From Yuukianura sp. NJ FZ-2021 (taxonomy: Eukaryota): DNA of 64,000 nt. The notes below the pieces were generated by a model. The model was not told the origin of the DNA and made no database searches. It saw only the letters and a list, made by a program, of their open reading frames with translations. The stretch spans positions 7,502,001-7,566,000 of the forward strand of contig CM102285.1 in the NCBI GenBank assembly GCA_046563655.1, given 5' to 3'. Shown piece after piece: positions 35,253-49,559 of the stretch (within the stretch, counting starts at the first letter, position 1; every line of letters starts with the position of its first letter). A program made the translations under genes and the position numbers.

Positions 35253-35945
35253 ATTATTGCTAAAAGAAAACTATCTTTCGTGGTAATTGGGCCTTCGTAG
35301 TAATTCACCTTTCGCAGTAATTCAACTTTCGTAGTAAAGCACCTTTCGTAGTAAATCGACTTTCGTAGTAATTCGTTTCGACGAAATTCGTTGGTCGAAA
35401 TGCGCTTCGTAGTAAATGATTCGGCGAAATGGCGTGCTACCGTTTTGCTGTACCTGGTTTCCGAACGTAGGTTTACCTTACAGAATTCCGAAGTTTCGGT
35501 GTGGGAGGTTTTGCCATTAAAGTAGAGCTAATTTGCGGTGTATTCTCGTAGTCCTAGTTCCGGCTACGACTGTCGCTTATATGAGATTATACGAGAAAAA
35601 CGATAATGTACAAAGAGCTTTACGCTGTGCCTTTCAAGTGTTGCTGCTCCTGTCCTTGATTGAGGAGAAAGTTAATGGCATGCTCTGCTTCTGTCTTGTC
35701 TTTCTTCCATTTAAGTTGTACGTTTGCATCAACTTGTGGAGGGCAGAGGGCAAACTTAGTCTGTATCTTGTAGTGTGAGCACCAAGGACTTTGGTGGTCG
35801 TTGGAGAAAGTCAATATCAGGGAGGAAGAAAGTTAAAAAGAATTGGAGCCCAGAGGGGATGCAGCGAAGATCTTAAGGCTCCTCCGTTCAATCCCACTTT
35901 CTCTCACCGCAGCAGTCTGCGTTTGGTTTGTCGAGGTAGAGTAAC

Positions 35946-36134
35946 GTAGTCTGACACCTATGAACGGTCACTTATGACCGGCTACTTATGAACGGCCGCT
36001 TATGGATCATAGCATTAGCATTCTTGTGGGCGGTCGCTTTATGGACGCCAAATTTTGATATGGGTATGGTGGTCGGTTCTGCATTTCAATAATATGCTGT
36101 CCATAAGTATCCGTTCATGAGAGTCCGGGAATAC
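35946..36134. mobile_element. Small degenerate MITE
   Basis: ATGAACGG..CTTATG repeats at left mirrored by CATAAG..CCGTTCAT at right; no clear TSD. Confidence 0.4.
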
Positions 36135-39100
36135 AAAAGAATAGGATGAAATTGAATACGAGTTTACTACGGTGGAACTCCAAATGGCTGCGTTCCCACC
36201 TGCCGTGCTGTTCAGCACACGCTACACGCACAAATCCAACGCCACGACACAATGGGATTCACAATCTGTACAATGGGTAGGCATTATCCATACGTTCCTT
36301 ATACTAACTTTAGAATTTCATATTTCTTAAAGCCCACCTACGCTTAAGCACTAGGAGCTTTCCTTTTTTGTGACACTAGGTTTTATGATTTATGTTCAAA
36401 CACATATGTGGATTATGCCGTCGTCAAAATATTGTTCCTTACACAAACACTGTGATATCCACCTAAATTGAATTTCAGATGATCATTTGTGTACAGTATA
36501 AATTTGTTACGTCATAGTCTGTTTGCTCTGTTAAGCATTGCGTTGAAGTGAAAAACCATATTGCAAAATAATGGATTGGAAATGGGAGTATGGCAAAATT
36601 TTCCATTTTCCCGGTCAATAGCGAATTGGTGAATTATACAAAGGGGGCTAAATCGGCTAAAATGGATATTGGAATGCTTTCATTTGCATTCCATTTCCTG
36701 TGACCTTGAAACCGTTAAATTAGCATGTCGTAGTAATGTGCCCCAAGGGTATTTGTTTCTTATGCTTCCGTCAAGTCGTCTCCCGCGCCAGTATTTGTGG
36801 GAATGAGAAAGGAAATGGTGGGGTTCCCGTTGCTAAATAAATGCTGAGCTCTCTAGCTTTCCTGTGGCGGAACTTTCTCCATAGGCTTTTGTGAATATTT
36901 GATGAATCCTGATGAAAGCGTTTTGGGAAAAACAGAATGGGAAACAGGGGACTCTGCTTTTCATATGACACTTTCCCTGTACTGCCGTCTTTCAAGTCTA
37001 AACTTCTAAAATGACAAATGAAGCTAAAATTAGTTGCGGAACGGAAAGTTTTCACTGCTTTCGCTGAGTCTTCTAATTTCTTCATTGTTCTTGTTCTAAA
37101 GAGTCCTGGGCTGTGATGATGGTTGAAGGAATAAATGAGAATGGGACAAAGGAATTATTCGACAGAGTGTGAAAATTCATTCCTTTTTAATAAATTATGA
37201 TTCTACTCAAGAACAGAAGGACTAACTAACTTTTATGCTGGAATAGTGCTGATTCTGCTGCAGACGATGCTTGTGACAGGAACTAATTAGCAGTCTTTGT
37301 CTTTCTTCACTTAGGCTGTCATGTTCTCAACGTGAACTTCTCTTACAATACTCCAGTCACATGAAAAACTTCTAAATTCTGTTGGTGTTCTTAATTACAA
37401 CTAAACGCAGGGATAGTTTTAAAGTTTTTTTTTTCAAATATAGTTTTTCAACTTTCATCATTCTATTTTTATTCTTTGTTATGTTAGAAATCATAATGTG
37501 AATAAAGGAGACGCGTGTCAATTAATAGGTAGAAAGCCAGTGGGAGTTGCGATGAATTGAAATGGAATGGAGAGTACAATGGGTACTTTTCATTGCTTTT
37601 CTATTGTTTGCCCATGTTTGATACATATTACCATTAAACGCCCATTCGATGAATGATTTTCTTTAACATTGACACTTTACACTGCAGAAGCAACACCTTA
37701 AACGTGAGTTGGCAGAATCGAATAAGAGAAAAGACATTCAATGCTGATTGCTTTCTGATAGTTTACCATTTCTGACTTTCATTGTTGGAATGATTGCTGT
37801 TTAATGCGGTTGAAAATATTATGTTTTTCATTATAGTGTAATTTCTTTATGGTTAATTTAAAATTTATGATGATTTGGTTTTAAAATTGTTAAGTTGGGT
37901 TAGGTTTGAGTATTGTTTTTATACAAAGAAAGTCGAAAACACCCATTTTAAATTGAAATTAAAACGGAGTTGAATTGAGGGTGAAGGGGAATCAATCTGG
38001 AATGGAGTAAAGCATTACCTATCCTGATTCTGTTCTGAGTTTGTATTAATCATGGACCAGCAACCCTTCCAAATGTGTTAGAAATGTATTTAAACTTGGT
38101 TTTTGGAGAATTCAGAGAGACAGTTGTAAATGTCGTGTCATTAATTTCTAGAATTAGAGTCGATTCACGCCTGAACGAAGTCTGAGGTTTTCTTGTGTTG
38201 GTTTCAAAAGAGGGACGTGTGAAGATGCGGTTTGTGACTGGGGAAACTTTTACGAGAGTTCATGACATGTCTCGTGTGCTAAATAAGGATTTCCGCTGAC
38301 CTGCGTAATTCTACCCCGTTAAGTGGATATTTATTTTTGTCAGTGGGTGTGGCTGGTGGAGATGGACAGATTTTGGGGCGATGCTGACAGTGCTTCCTTC
38401 CATGTCTCCCAACATAAACAGAAACTGCTGCATTTAACAATTGCTGAATTGGCAACTGTTAGTCACTACTGAGGTTGACCTAGTTTGGATTCAACCAGGG
38501 GACCATGGGGTTTGCATTTGAGTTGTACAGAAATATTTAGCATGCGAATTGAAATGGAATTGAATGATTGAAGAACGATATCAGTTTGAGGCATCAGTGC
38601 ATTTGAAGAGGCGGATCTGTCGTTTCGTTTGGAAGGATGAAACAGCGGATGTCAATTTAGATCATTCTTAGGTCACACATTTATATTGCAAAATGGGAGT
38701 ATAAGCCCGAAATACGCAACGCGTGCGCTATCGCTAGGTGCGAAATGATATCCCGGGGAGATTTAATTCAAATTTAATGAATAACAGACTCTGTTTAATA
38801 AAAGTTTTAATTAAAACCTTGAAAAGATGCGTTACCCATTAAGGTGTTGCGGCTCTTGAAATAATACGAGACGACTCAGCCGTACTTTTCAACGTTATAT
38901 ACTTTTCAAGCGTTTGCGTTTGTAATTGTGATTGAATGCGCTTATCTCGGAAGTTCCAAGTTCTTTCATTTGGAAAGCTGCATTTGGGAACCTAAAAATT
39001 TGAATTTAAGTTTTAGACACGTAGTAAAACTATTAAACGTTTGACTTGAAGAAATTTTATTTCAAGTTTGCTGAAATTTACGCTCGACGTTACATACCAG

Positions 39101-39360
39101 CTATTAAGAAAATTTTATTAACTTCAGGAATTGTCTGTATGCCTAAAAGTTAAAAACTGAAAAATACAGTTAATGGCAGCTTTAAATTGTCTATGAGCGT
39201 TTTAGTGTACTTGGAGCTAATAAGAGTTGGGAAATGCTGTTGGCAGTTCCTGTTAGTGAAGTATTTTATAATGCAAACTTAAGTTTGTTTGATTTTCATT
39301 GTTTGTTCCGTGTCGTCGGAAGTTCAGTTTTTGAAGGATTTGATTTGTTTGTTTTTTCAG

Positions 39361-39465
39361 TTGGATGCCGGAGGGGGTGGCGCAGGAACGGGGCTTATTT
39401 GCCCGGTAAAGCGGAAATCCGTTGGCGAAGATCCGGAACATGCCGTCAGCCGGGAAATTAAAAAG
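39361..39465 (+). CDS. RPUSD2: RluA/RPUSD2-like gene, internal exon (LDAGGGG...REIKK)
   Basis: TTTTTCAG acceptor, AAG|GTGAGT donor, phase 0-0, joins the exon at 46632 in frame. Confidence 0.75.
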
Positions 39466-41611
39466 GTGAGTTTTTCAAAAATTTTCAAAAATTTTGATTC
39501 ACTTTAATTTAAAAATTGCTAAAAGATTTTCTATAGTGCCACTGTAAGGAATTTTTGTTGAAGGAAAAATCTTTAAGGAAATCTTAAATCTGTAAAAAAA
39601 AAATGATTTTTTGAAAACTTTGATTTATTTTTTTCAAAGATTTTAGTGATACCGATGAGGTTTCCTGAAAGTTCAGTTTCGAAACTGGGAAATTCTGTTT
39701 AAGTTAGGGTTAAATGTTAACTTTGGAGTTATATTCCAACGGATGTTTTGGTTGGTGGTGTTGTAGACATTATTACCTTTTGTTTTCCTGAAAGAGCCCT
39801 CGAGAAAGTTTACTTTCCTTAATTTAATAAAACAACACAAAGGCACAAGTTAATTTGATTCCATTTGCCTTAGTCTTACTTTCTCCTTGTTCTTCCCTTA
39901 GAGAAAACTCCTTGTAAACCGTTTGGGAAATGATGAGCACATTAATAGAATTCAACTTCCCATGACATTCAGGTTAACTTTTTAAACGGTCCGCTCTAGG
40001 CCAACATGCGGCAGAAGCCTAAACTAACGCTATTTTTATAAAGAACGTGGAGGAATGGATTTTTCCATAAGGAAGAGGCGAAGAAAATTAGGTTTACGTT
40101 GCTGCCTGGCGGCCTTCGGATCCTATTTCCTCTGTTTTTGATGCTGGAATGATTCCGAGAAAGTCAACCTGCTAAAACTGGAGAATTTTTTGTGAGGTTA
40201 CAGGATGGGAAAGTTGGTTCAAGATTTGTGGTTGACTCAAGTAAGGTTTTTGTCCATTAAGTTGAAGAACTGTTGTTAGGTTTATGTTAGGTTAGGTGGT
40301 TTGAGCCATTGAAAACAAAGGCGCCATTTGTGAACTTCCGCCTCCCCCTAGGAATTACAGTTAGGTTAGGTTTCATGTTACTTTTGTTTCCTACAAAAGG
40401 AAAGTCGTGGAAATCTTGAGCAGGAAGTTGGAATTTCAGGAGGTTTAGAAAGTTAGTGCTGGATGTTGGCCGAGTTAAGTTTTAAGGTACGGCCAAATAC
40501 GTAGTTTAGTTGACAAGACACGCCACACAGTACTAATGGCGGCTGAACCCAAACTTTCTAATGAGGAAAGCGAATTCCGCTCATGTCTCATTTTTACTTG
40601 GTTTTGCATAATTCCGTATTAGTGGTTCTTTTGAAGCAGATTTAGGCAACAAAGGACTGTAGGAAGTAGGGAATTAGTTTCTAAATTGGAATTGAGACGG
40701 GGGATGAGGAGATGAGATTGGATTTGAATGAACTTTCTCCGTGTTCTTTTTGTATTCCTTTGCCTAAAGAAAAGGCTGGAACTTAAGTTGGAAAGTTGGG
40801 AGTTGAACTTGGCAAGTAATCAGTAGTGCAGGAATAGTTGCCAATTTGTTGTTGATCAACTCCGAAGGGGTCCTGTCTACTGTGATCGCCTTCCAAGTTG
40901 GATCGAATTAACTTTTCAAATTAGTTAAATTTGGTAAACAGGGATTGAAGACAACTTTCTGGATTTTGAAGAGAGTGGATGGATTCATGTACAGAACTTT
41001 TGGAATTGGATTATCAGGGGAGAAAAGTTGCTAGGTTGAGACGGAAAACCGCAGTCTTTTTTTTTTAATGATGTTAAGTCTACATAATCCCGGTTCTTTA
41101 ATTTTCTCCCCGAAACGAAACCTACATTATAGTCGTTACGGTTCATGTGTGTCGGAATGTAAATTTTTGTTTTTTGAAAAATGTTTTGAAAATGTTATGA
41201 CTTAGTTGTTTAAAGTTTTCCGCAATAATCAGATTTTAGTATTTGTTTTACTTTTAGCTTGAGGATGAGCTCAAGACGGAACTAATGCCCAGAAAACAAT
41301 GACATTAACTGTACTTGTTTGTCTATTTTTTGGAGAATTAACTTCGTTTTGAGATGGGATTTTATGAAGACGGTGTGTGTCTCTTATTTTGAACTTTGTG
41401 TCATGGGTCTGTTCCTGTTTTCCTGCAGTTCCCATTAGTCTTTTGTTCTTTTTTAAGCTCTGTTTTGCTTTGGGTGGGATTTAATGAAATGAAACTCTCA
41501 AAGCAGAGAGTATAATTAAATCAAAAACTCTGTTCTCTACATTTCAAATTATAAAATTGGATAATACTCCAACAAAGTCTCTACTCTTGTTCTTGAAAAG
41601 GTGTACTAATA

Positions 41612-41774
41612 CCGTAAGTTTCCATATAATGCACCCTCGTCTACTGCGGTAGACCCTCGCAAATCTGAACATTGTTCACAACATTCACAACACATGGGGG
41701 TATTTTCTTCATAGGATTGTGTATTATTTGGAAGAGTTGTATTTGGAAATGGTCAACTATTTGGAAATTTACGG
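41612..41774. mobile_element. Tc1/pogo-type MITE
   Basis: TA TSD; imperfect TIR CCGTAAGTTTCCATATA / TATTTGGAAATTTACGG. Confidence 0.65.
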
Positions 41775-44700
41775 TAGTTTTAGTCTGTTGGGAATAGAAC
41801 GGAAATTAGTGGACCAAAAGTTTGTTAGTTTAATGGGATTCTTCTCGGAGGATTTTTGGCTGATGAGGGTAGAAGATGAGGTTAATTAAAATCATTTCAA
41901 TGGTGGGCTCAGGTAGTGTTTGGAAACGTGCATTATTTTCCGGGGGGAACATAAAACTCCTATTACATTTACGCCTACATTATTATTATCATTTTTTTTT
42001 ATATAATTTTACTTTTTTACATTATTTATTATTACAACGATTCAATAATGGTAGAAGGTTAAATTAACGCAATTAAAATAAAAAATAATGAGTAAAATGA
42101 ATTTGAACTCGAACAAGATGAAGAATTTTCAGTCGATGGACAGCGGAATTGAACAAATTCAGGAACTATGCGTTTGTTAAAAGCAAATGTTAGAAATTAA
42201 ATCAATAAGCTCGTATGTTCGACAAAGAAATTCAATTTGCAAATATGTTGTTGGAAACTCTAAAAGATGAAAGTTCAAATTTTCGGTTCGACATTCACTA
42301 TGCATGTTCATCGAATTTTGTTGAAAAAGTGGGGGTATTCTGGAATTTTTTTCTACACTTTAATTTTAACAGAACAAACACCACCCACCAGCACATCTCA
42401 TCCACTCCCGTTTTCTTTTCTGTTCGGTTCGTCTAAAAACTTTTGTGAGGAAGACGATTGTGAGCGGAGAAATTCTGGTCCTGATTTTTGAATCATTAGA
42501 CATTTCTTTTCTTTTTGAAGTGCTACTCTACCCGCCGGGATTTTCGTATTTTTTGTCCAGAGACGCCAGCGACTGTTTCATTTTGATCCTGTGTTAGAAC
42601 TTTATTCTTTTGTACTTTTGCTGGGATGCTGTCTGCAGTGCTCTCGACAAAGAGGTCAGGGCCTGGCTTGCCCTATTTTTAGAACAGACGTCTTCCCTCG
42701 TTTGAAACCATTCTTCTCCCGGGTAGGATCTACAGTAGCCTTCCAGGCGCCCTCTCTTTGTCTCATTCATGGAATTTAATTCCAGGAACCAATTCAGAGA
42801 GTGTACTCCACATTGTGACGCTTTACACCACTCCCACATATTAGGCAACCAAAAATAGAAACAAAAAAGGAAGTTTGAAATAAGATTTACCGCTTTCTCT
42901 TTGATCTACAATAGGGAGAAAGTGATGCTTTAGTGAAAACGAGTCAAAGTTTATTGCCCAGAAGAGCGTGGATGAGTTTTAAATTATTGCGTAATTGTAA
43001 AGTGGTTAGTTGCATAAATTGCTTAGTTATTTAAAAAAAAAAGCATTTTGATAGAAGTGTCTACAACATCGGAAGCGGTAGTTGAAGAGAGGAGTTTGGA
43101 TTTATTTTATTCTCGTGGTGGCCTACTCGTTATTTGGTCTTAGCAGTGTAGGGTTGATGTGGGCGTTGAGTTGATAATTGTCAAATATGCCTTGGAAGTG
43201 GTGAAAAGTTGTAGGTTGGGTGTTTGAATCAAAGTCCTTGCAATGTTATCAGTTTAAGCGTGGTGATGATGATGTGGGTGTTAATATGATTCAGCTTTCA
43301 CCAACAACGCTAGCTTTTCTCTCCGCACGGACAGCCAAACAACGACCCATAAAGTTACCATGAGTTTAGGAGAAAGTGATTCAAGTTTATCTTTTTAGAA
43401 TGTGTACTCTATATTCGAGTATTTCGAGCAAACTGAACCAGAAGACAAAGACTTAATTCCATTTCATGTGGAATTATAAGATCTGGGTGTGTGGAATTCC
43501 GCTGTATTTGTGCAGACTTTACTGCAGTGGGTGAGATAATAACGGAGTGTCGGAGACAGAAGGCGTTGGGCTAAAGTTCATTGTTCGAGAAACGGAAAAA
43601 GATGATAGAGATGGAGTTGACGTTGATTGGGAAAAGTGATTGCGGAGGCCTTTCAAATGACAATGAGAGACACCTCCGTAATTTATTGCCAGAAATTACC
43701 CGCCTTTGGATTCGTGGAAATACGCAATAGCTCAAAAGGAACTGAACAGTTGGAGATATTCCTTTCAATCAATGTGTCAAGTCAATGTTCATCTTTTTAA
43801 AAGATTTCTAAAGCCGTGCTGATTCAGGATGTGAGGTCAGGGGGGTCAGTATTGCGTGAATCAACTAAATTTCAAGCAGTAAATCGGCATTGTTTGGAAA
43901 GATTTTATTCTGGATTGTTTTGAAAAGAACAGGAAGGGGTTTGGTTTCGCTCCGGGTCCTTCATGTGTTAATGTTGACACAATGATCTGCTGAGTTGGAG
44001 GCATGGCTGATGGTGAGATGTTCCATTATGAAAATCGAACGGTCTTTGAATGGAAACCTACCAGAAGCATATAACCATAAGGAGCTTATGTCTTCTAACA
44101 TTCAACAGTGAAAGCGGAAATGGAGAAAGCATAAGGCGATTACTAATTATGAAATGAATGGATACTGCAGTCCGTTTTCTCCCAGTTGATTTAGTATTAG
44201 AAACGAAATCGGATTACAATTTCAGTTGGACTACTGTGTTTTGATTGTGAGAGCTTTCACTTTACAGCTGAATTGGGTTGTAATGGCTAGCTTAAATTAG
44301 GAAGACTTGAGGTTTAGGTTATGGTTAGGTACTTTGGTTAGTGCAGGAGAGAAACGTCCTTGTCATAGGATTAACCACAGAAATTATATAAATTATAAGA
44401 TTGGTTAGTAAGATTATTACAAAGGACTTTGATGGGCTTTAAGTTCAATGTGACATTGACAGAAGAGGAAAAGAAAAAAAGTGAGAGAAAGTGGAATCAA
44501 ACCACTGATGTGTTGAGCCTTTTATTCAGCGGGGTTTAACTTTAGACTATTGTTGAAATTTAAACTTTTGTATAAGTTGGTGGAGGCAGGAAGGAGTGTC
44601 GGGAAGTTTGCAAAGTTTTTGGGAGGAAGGGAAGTGAATTTATTGAGTTGAATGGAAATGGGAGAAAGTGGAAACTTTTCCATTAGAGTTTGAATGGCTG

Positions 44701-46631
44701 GAGGCTGGAAGGCGGGAGAAAGTAATAGGGACTTTTGCATAAGTAAAAGTTTCCAAGGACACACCTGGGAACTTTGATTTGGTTCTGGGACCGTCGTTTT
44801 TCCACCGTGATTTCCACGGTGCCGCGGAGAGAACAATGGACAAAGTATATACAATCTCTATTTGTTTTTCTCAGCTCTACGTTTCTGAAACAAGTTCAAT
44901 AGAGGTTACGGTTCGGTACATTTACTTCCTCTTGAATTTTCTGCCCTGCAAAATTAGAGAATGAGGCGCTGGGGAAAGCGGCACAGGAGTCTCAAGTGCC
45001 TTTCGATGTCCGTCTGAACAAGAAGTGGAATAACAGCCTCGGGGTTGTTAAGTTTTGTAAAGCGAAATGCACGAAAATGAGAAAGAAACGTTCCGAATTT
45101 TTTGGAATGTGGAATTTTCGTTTTTTTAGGCGTTTTTAACAAAAAAAATGTTCAATTTCCGTTGTGGTTTGTGATGACGAACTTTGTATTGAAAGTTTTC
45201 GGTTTATGGAATAGGAGAAGTGGAGTGTGGGAAGTGGAGCAACAGGTTTCGCTTTCAAGAACTTTTGCTTGGAGCTACAAGCTGAAATGAAGATAAGAAA
45301 GTAGATTGGAAGCACTCCGTCGCCTAGCGACGATGTCGCTTCCATGTTCTTGTGTTTCTTTCATTTACAACTTTGTTATTAGAACGTGTTTCTTGTAATA
45401 TTTTCTTAGAAACATACTAAAAGGAAGTGAAAAGTTCTGAGAAAGTTGACTTTGCCACAAGCATGTTCCTCGTGAAGCTAAATTTCCGTAGGTGAGGCTG
45501 CCGTAATTGGTTGGAAAGTTGGCTTGTTATCACCTTCATGCTTTCCCTGCCTAGCAAAGGAAAGTCAGCTTTTTAGTAAGTAGTAGTTAAGTTTCAAGTG
45601 TGTTTAGCCTATGTGTGCTCTAGATCTTGGGTGATAGCAGGGGAGGGCTTCTCTAGAAGCTTTTTACTCGCTTTTCCTGTGCTGTACTTCCTGGAATTAT
45701 CGACTAGTGGGCTGTCTTTTGAAGTTTGATGAAGATTATGATGACGGAGAGAAAGTTGGAAGGTATAGCCTTGTTAGCACAACTTTTTTTCTGGTGCCTC
45801 ATAATGTCATTACCACGATTTAGAATTGCAGGGTTAGTCTATATTCCGTGGAAATATCGGAAGAACAAAAGAAAAGCACTTTGCGTTTTTTTTTTTGTTC
45901 CTTTTGCGTTCTGATTTTTGTACTTTAATTTTAGGTGAATCGGTTATTAATTAGTAGTGGAATCTGATAGTTCTTTTACGGAAAAGGCACAGGAAGCGCC
46001 AATTTTTTCCAGGAATGAATGATTTATTGGTATTAATGGTGTCGAAAACACACTGGATTACGTTTTTTTTTTCCGCGTTAAGGTTTTGAAATTAGTTTCC
46101 ATTTTGGAAGGTAATTGTATGACATGGCATTGATGGATTTCAGATTTTGGTTGATATAAAAAGAAATTGAGGTGCGGTCGGAAGGAAGAGGGCGATACAG
46201 GTTCTGAATCCACCTTTTTGACTAATTCACGGAAATGACGAACTCTGTTTGATGAATATTTTGGGTGCTAAAAACGTTAGGAGAAGAAGGGAAGGTTGAA
46301 ATTTTAAATCCAGAAGCTCTAAAGAGCCCTTACAGCTACTTTTAACGTTTTCTCTTTGATCTTTCCATAAGGAAACGACGGAACTAAAAGCTCCACTTTC
46401 ACAATTCGCTCCCTTAATCCTCCCGGAGTAGCAACTTCATGAATGTTGAATTCTGCTTTAAAACTCCGGCTTTAAAAGGGGTCACTTGGAAAAATTGAAA
46501 GTCTAATTGAAGTTGACTTAAAAATAGCCAGAAGGGGGATGCGGATGTCGTTAGGCCAAAGTTAGTTAAATTGAATTACTTCTGACTTTAAGTGAATTTA
46601 ATTGAATGAAATTGGTTGTTGCTGGTTTCAG

Positions 46632-46719
46632 GCCAAGTTGGAGACGAAGGCGCTCAAGGCAAAGCGCCCAGGGTTCACTGATGAGCGATACAATGAGACT
46701 TCTTACTACGTCGAAAATG
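46632..46719 (+). CDS. RPUSD2: RluA/RPUSD2-like exon (AKLETKALKAKRPGFTDERYNETSYYVEN)
   Basis: CAG| acceptor, |GTAAGG donor; conserved segment preceding GLRKVYPY. Confidence 0.9.
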
Positions 46720-49559
46720 GTAAGGTTGCTTTATGTTGCGCGATTCCTATCTTATAGACGCTGCCGAACACAAAAGAAGAAGGAAGGCTTGAATTTGTTA
46801 AACACGGAAGGTTTTTGTGTTAACTTAGGCAGATAAAAACACCAAATCTTTAAATCTCGTTTACCACGCTGTGCCTTTGAACAGATCTGCACCTCGTTCA
46901 GACTCTTAACTTGAGCAGCTTTTCAAAATGATCAAGGAAAAGGTTGGTGGTCACTCCCCTGTGGAAAACTGAAAAATTGCATACTAATCTACTGCGCGGG
47001 TTTCTACGACTACTCTTTTCGAGCGGCTTTCAAAAATTCTTTGTTTTAGACTGAAATAGCATTACTGAAGTAAGAGATTTGGGGGGTTTAAATTTTACAG
47101 CAGTACTTTTATTTTCTGTTTTCTGCTTTCAATCCGATGACTCTTACATTATGTACCAACCGACTTTCCCAAGGGTTTCCATTGTCTAGTAGTAAATAGA
47201 GACGACGGAAAATGATTCGCTCTGACGTAGTAAATGGCCAACCTAGTGTCTTTTGAGTCTTGAGTGGAATGGGATTTGGTGTAGACCACCATAATCCTCC
47301 GGTAGTGTGGAAGGACACTGATAAAGGGGACAGCAAGAGTTACTTTCTCCTCAAAGAACAAATACTTTCACCCAATTTAACCCTCACATACCTTGTATAG
47401 AGTTAGCTCATGGTTTCTGCTTTCATTTTATACCATAAATCAACTTTGGGTTTATGACGTTGCAGTGTCAAGAGCCTTCTTTTCAATAAGAAATAGCTTT
47501 GGCTTCAGAAAATAAGAAGGCGGTAGATTTAAAAAAACGGAGTGACAGGGTCAAAGTTTTCAATTAACGAATAGTAGAGTCGGGGAAGACGTAGTGAAAG
47601 TGAGTTGTATTTCCATTAGAGAGATTCAAAGGATTTGTAGAATTACATTACAGTACATTATGTACGCAGTAGACGTTATGTATAATGTAAGCATTATGTA
47701 CGTTCTGTAACGTTCTATCACGTGCCGACGTCACAATCCTACAACCGCTTGGTTGAATTAGGTTTGACGCGATTAGTTGTAGCAATACATGTTTTGGGAT
47801 ACGCTTGTTTATGAATGTGACATATGCCAATCCTGGTTTGAGTGAAATAGAACGATTGCTTGTGTTTTATTTAAGTGGAAACTTATTTCCCGTCCACTTA
47901 ACCTCTCCATATGGTATCATTTTCAGAGTAAATTTGGATTTTGGATTTTAGGATTTAGTGTAGTGTAGTTTTAGCAGATGAAAGAATTACTAAGGTAGGA
48001 AAGAACATCCATGTTCCGGTTGAGTATTTTGAAAATGACACATTGGAGCATCATGTGCAACGGAAGTTGAAGTAGTCACTTCAGTTTTGAGATCTGTCAG
48101 AGATTTAAGTCTATTATTATGCCATTTGAGAGAGGCCTGTAAAAGTCTAAATTGTTGTTCAAAATCCGGTTGGAGGAGGAGGGAAATGTATCAAAGTCAA
48201 CTGATTTCCTAAAATCCAAAAAGCATGAAAATGCTTTCATCATTATTTGAGGAAATGGGATAGAGTTTAGAAGGATTTTGAGTCTTTTGAAATGTGGGAA
48301 TTGGAACGAAATTTTGAAGATCTGGGAATTACTTAATGAGGAATCCCTGTGAACAGACTTTAATTTCCGCACAATAAATCACCAAATCTGTCTCTCCGCT
48401 TTGTGGTTTTCTTTGATTCGTCTTTTAGGTTCGCAGTGAAAGTTAGCCGTAAGGGATTCTCTCGTGCCTTAGTCGTTCTATTTACTAAGGAAATTGACTG
48501 TCGGAGAAATCTAGAATTTTGAAGTGTCACACTGTTCGTTTATTAGATTTGAAGTTTTTGGGCAAGATGCAGTGTACAATCAACTTGGCTTCTTTTGCAG
48601 CGTCCAATAAAGTCTCTGGGGCACGACGATTCAGGAAATCTGGCCATAGTTGCTCAGTCCCTTTGACTCAAATCGGGAGATGGTTGCGAAGAATGTCAGG
48701 GAAGCAGAAGGCATTTGTCGTTTGTAGTTCTATGCTGTGTTATTGGAAATTGAGTTGTATATGTTTGGCAATGTTTGATCTTTTGTGTCTAGCCAATTTC
48801 TAAGTCTCTAGGAATTATTGCTTATTGAAGATGAAAAAAAGAGAGGAGGCGGATGGAAGGTTATGAGAAAATTCCTGAAATATGAAACCCCATTTATTTT
48901 AGAAAGCAAGACACGAGGGACTTTCGGTTTTTTCGGTTTTCAGAGGAGGCTTGAAAGAGATTCGGCGTTTTTTATTCCAAAAGACTTGTGTTCTGGTGGT
49001 AGTGAGTAGTGTAGTATTTACGTAAGGATCCAGCCATGTCATCTAGCCCATATCCTTTTAATTTATGACTACATTACTTATCCATACCATCCTTTCCTTC
49101 ACTCTCCTGCGAAGAGTTGTGGAATAATCATGGGAGATGTACTACTTCGAGCCACTTTAAAATTTAATTGCAATTTTCAAATTATGAGATGAGAATAATT
49201 TGGAAAGATGTCTAGAGAGTTAAGAGCTGAAGAGTGAAATTGGCATGTCTTTCTCCCTTGCTTTCAGAATGCAAAGGAAGCAAATAACTCGTCATAACTC
49301 TTGAGAGCTAATGAATTTCAAATGGAAATTCTACAAAGTGGAGACGAAGACACGATTGGATTTTTTTCATTCTATATTCTACAGAAGTGTGTGTTGTTTT
49401 TTAGTGTTTTTTTACGAGTAAAGTCGTAATGTTGTTTATGGGTCTCTGAGGATGTTAATGGAGGGTTGCAGAGATCTTAAAATGGAGAGAAAGAGTGCAG
49501 AATCATCTCCGTCCATTGTTTCACCTTCTTTCCCCAAGGAATCAACGCAAACTTTTTCT

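Larger units (their letters stand above)
30803..35441. mobile_element. Non-autonomous Mutator/MULE element with cargo (Pack-MULE-like), 4639 bp
   Basis: 9-bp TSD GTTTTGCTG (30794-30802, 35442-35450); TIRs of >100 bp with tandem TTACTACGAAA units; MULE transposase C-terminal relic. Confidence 0.9.
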
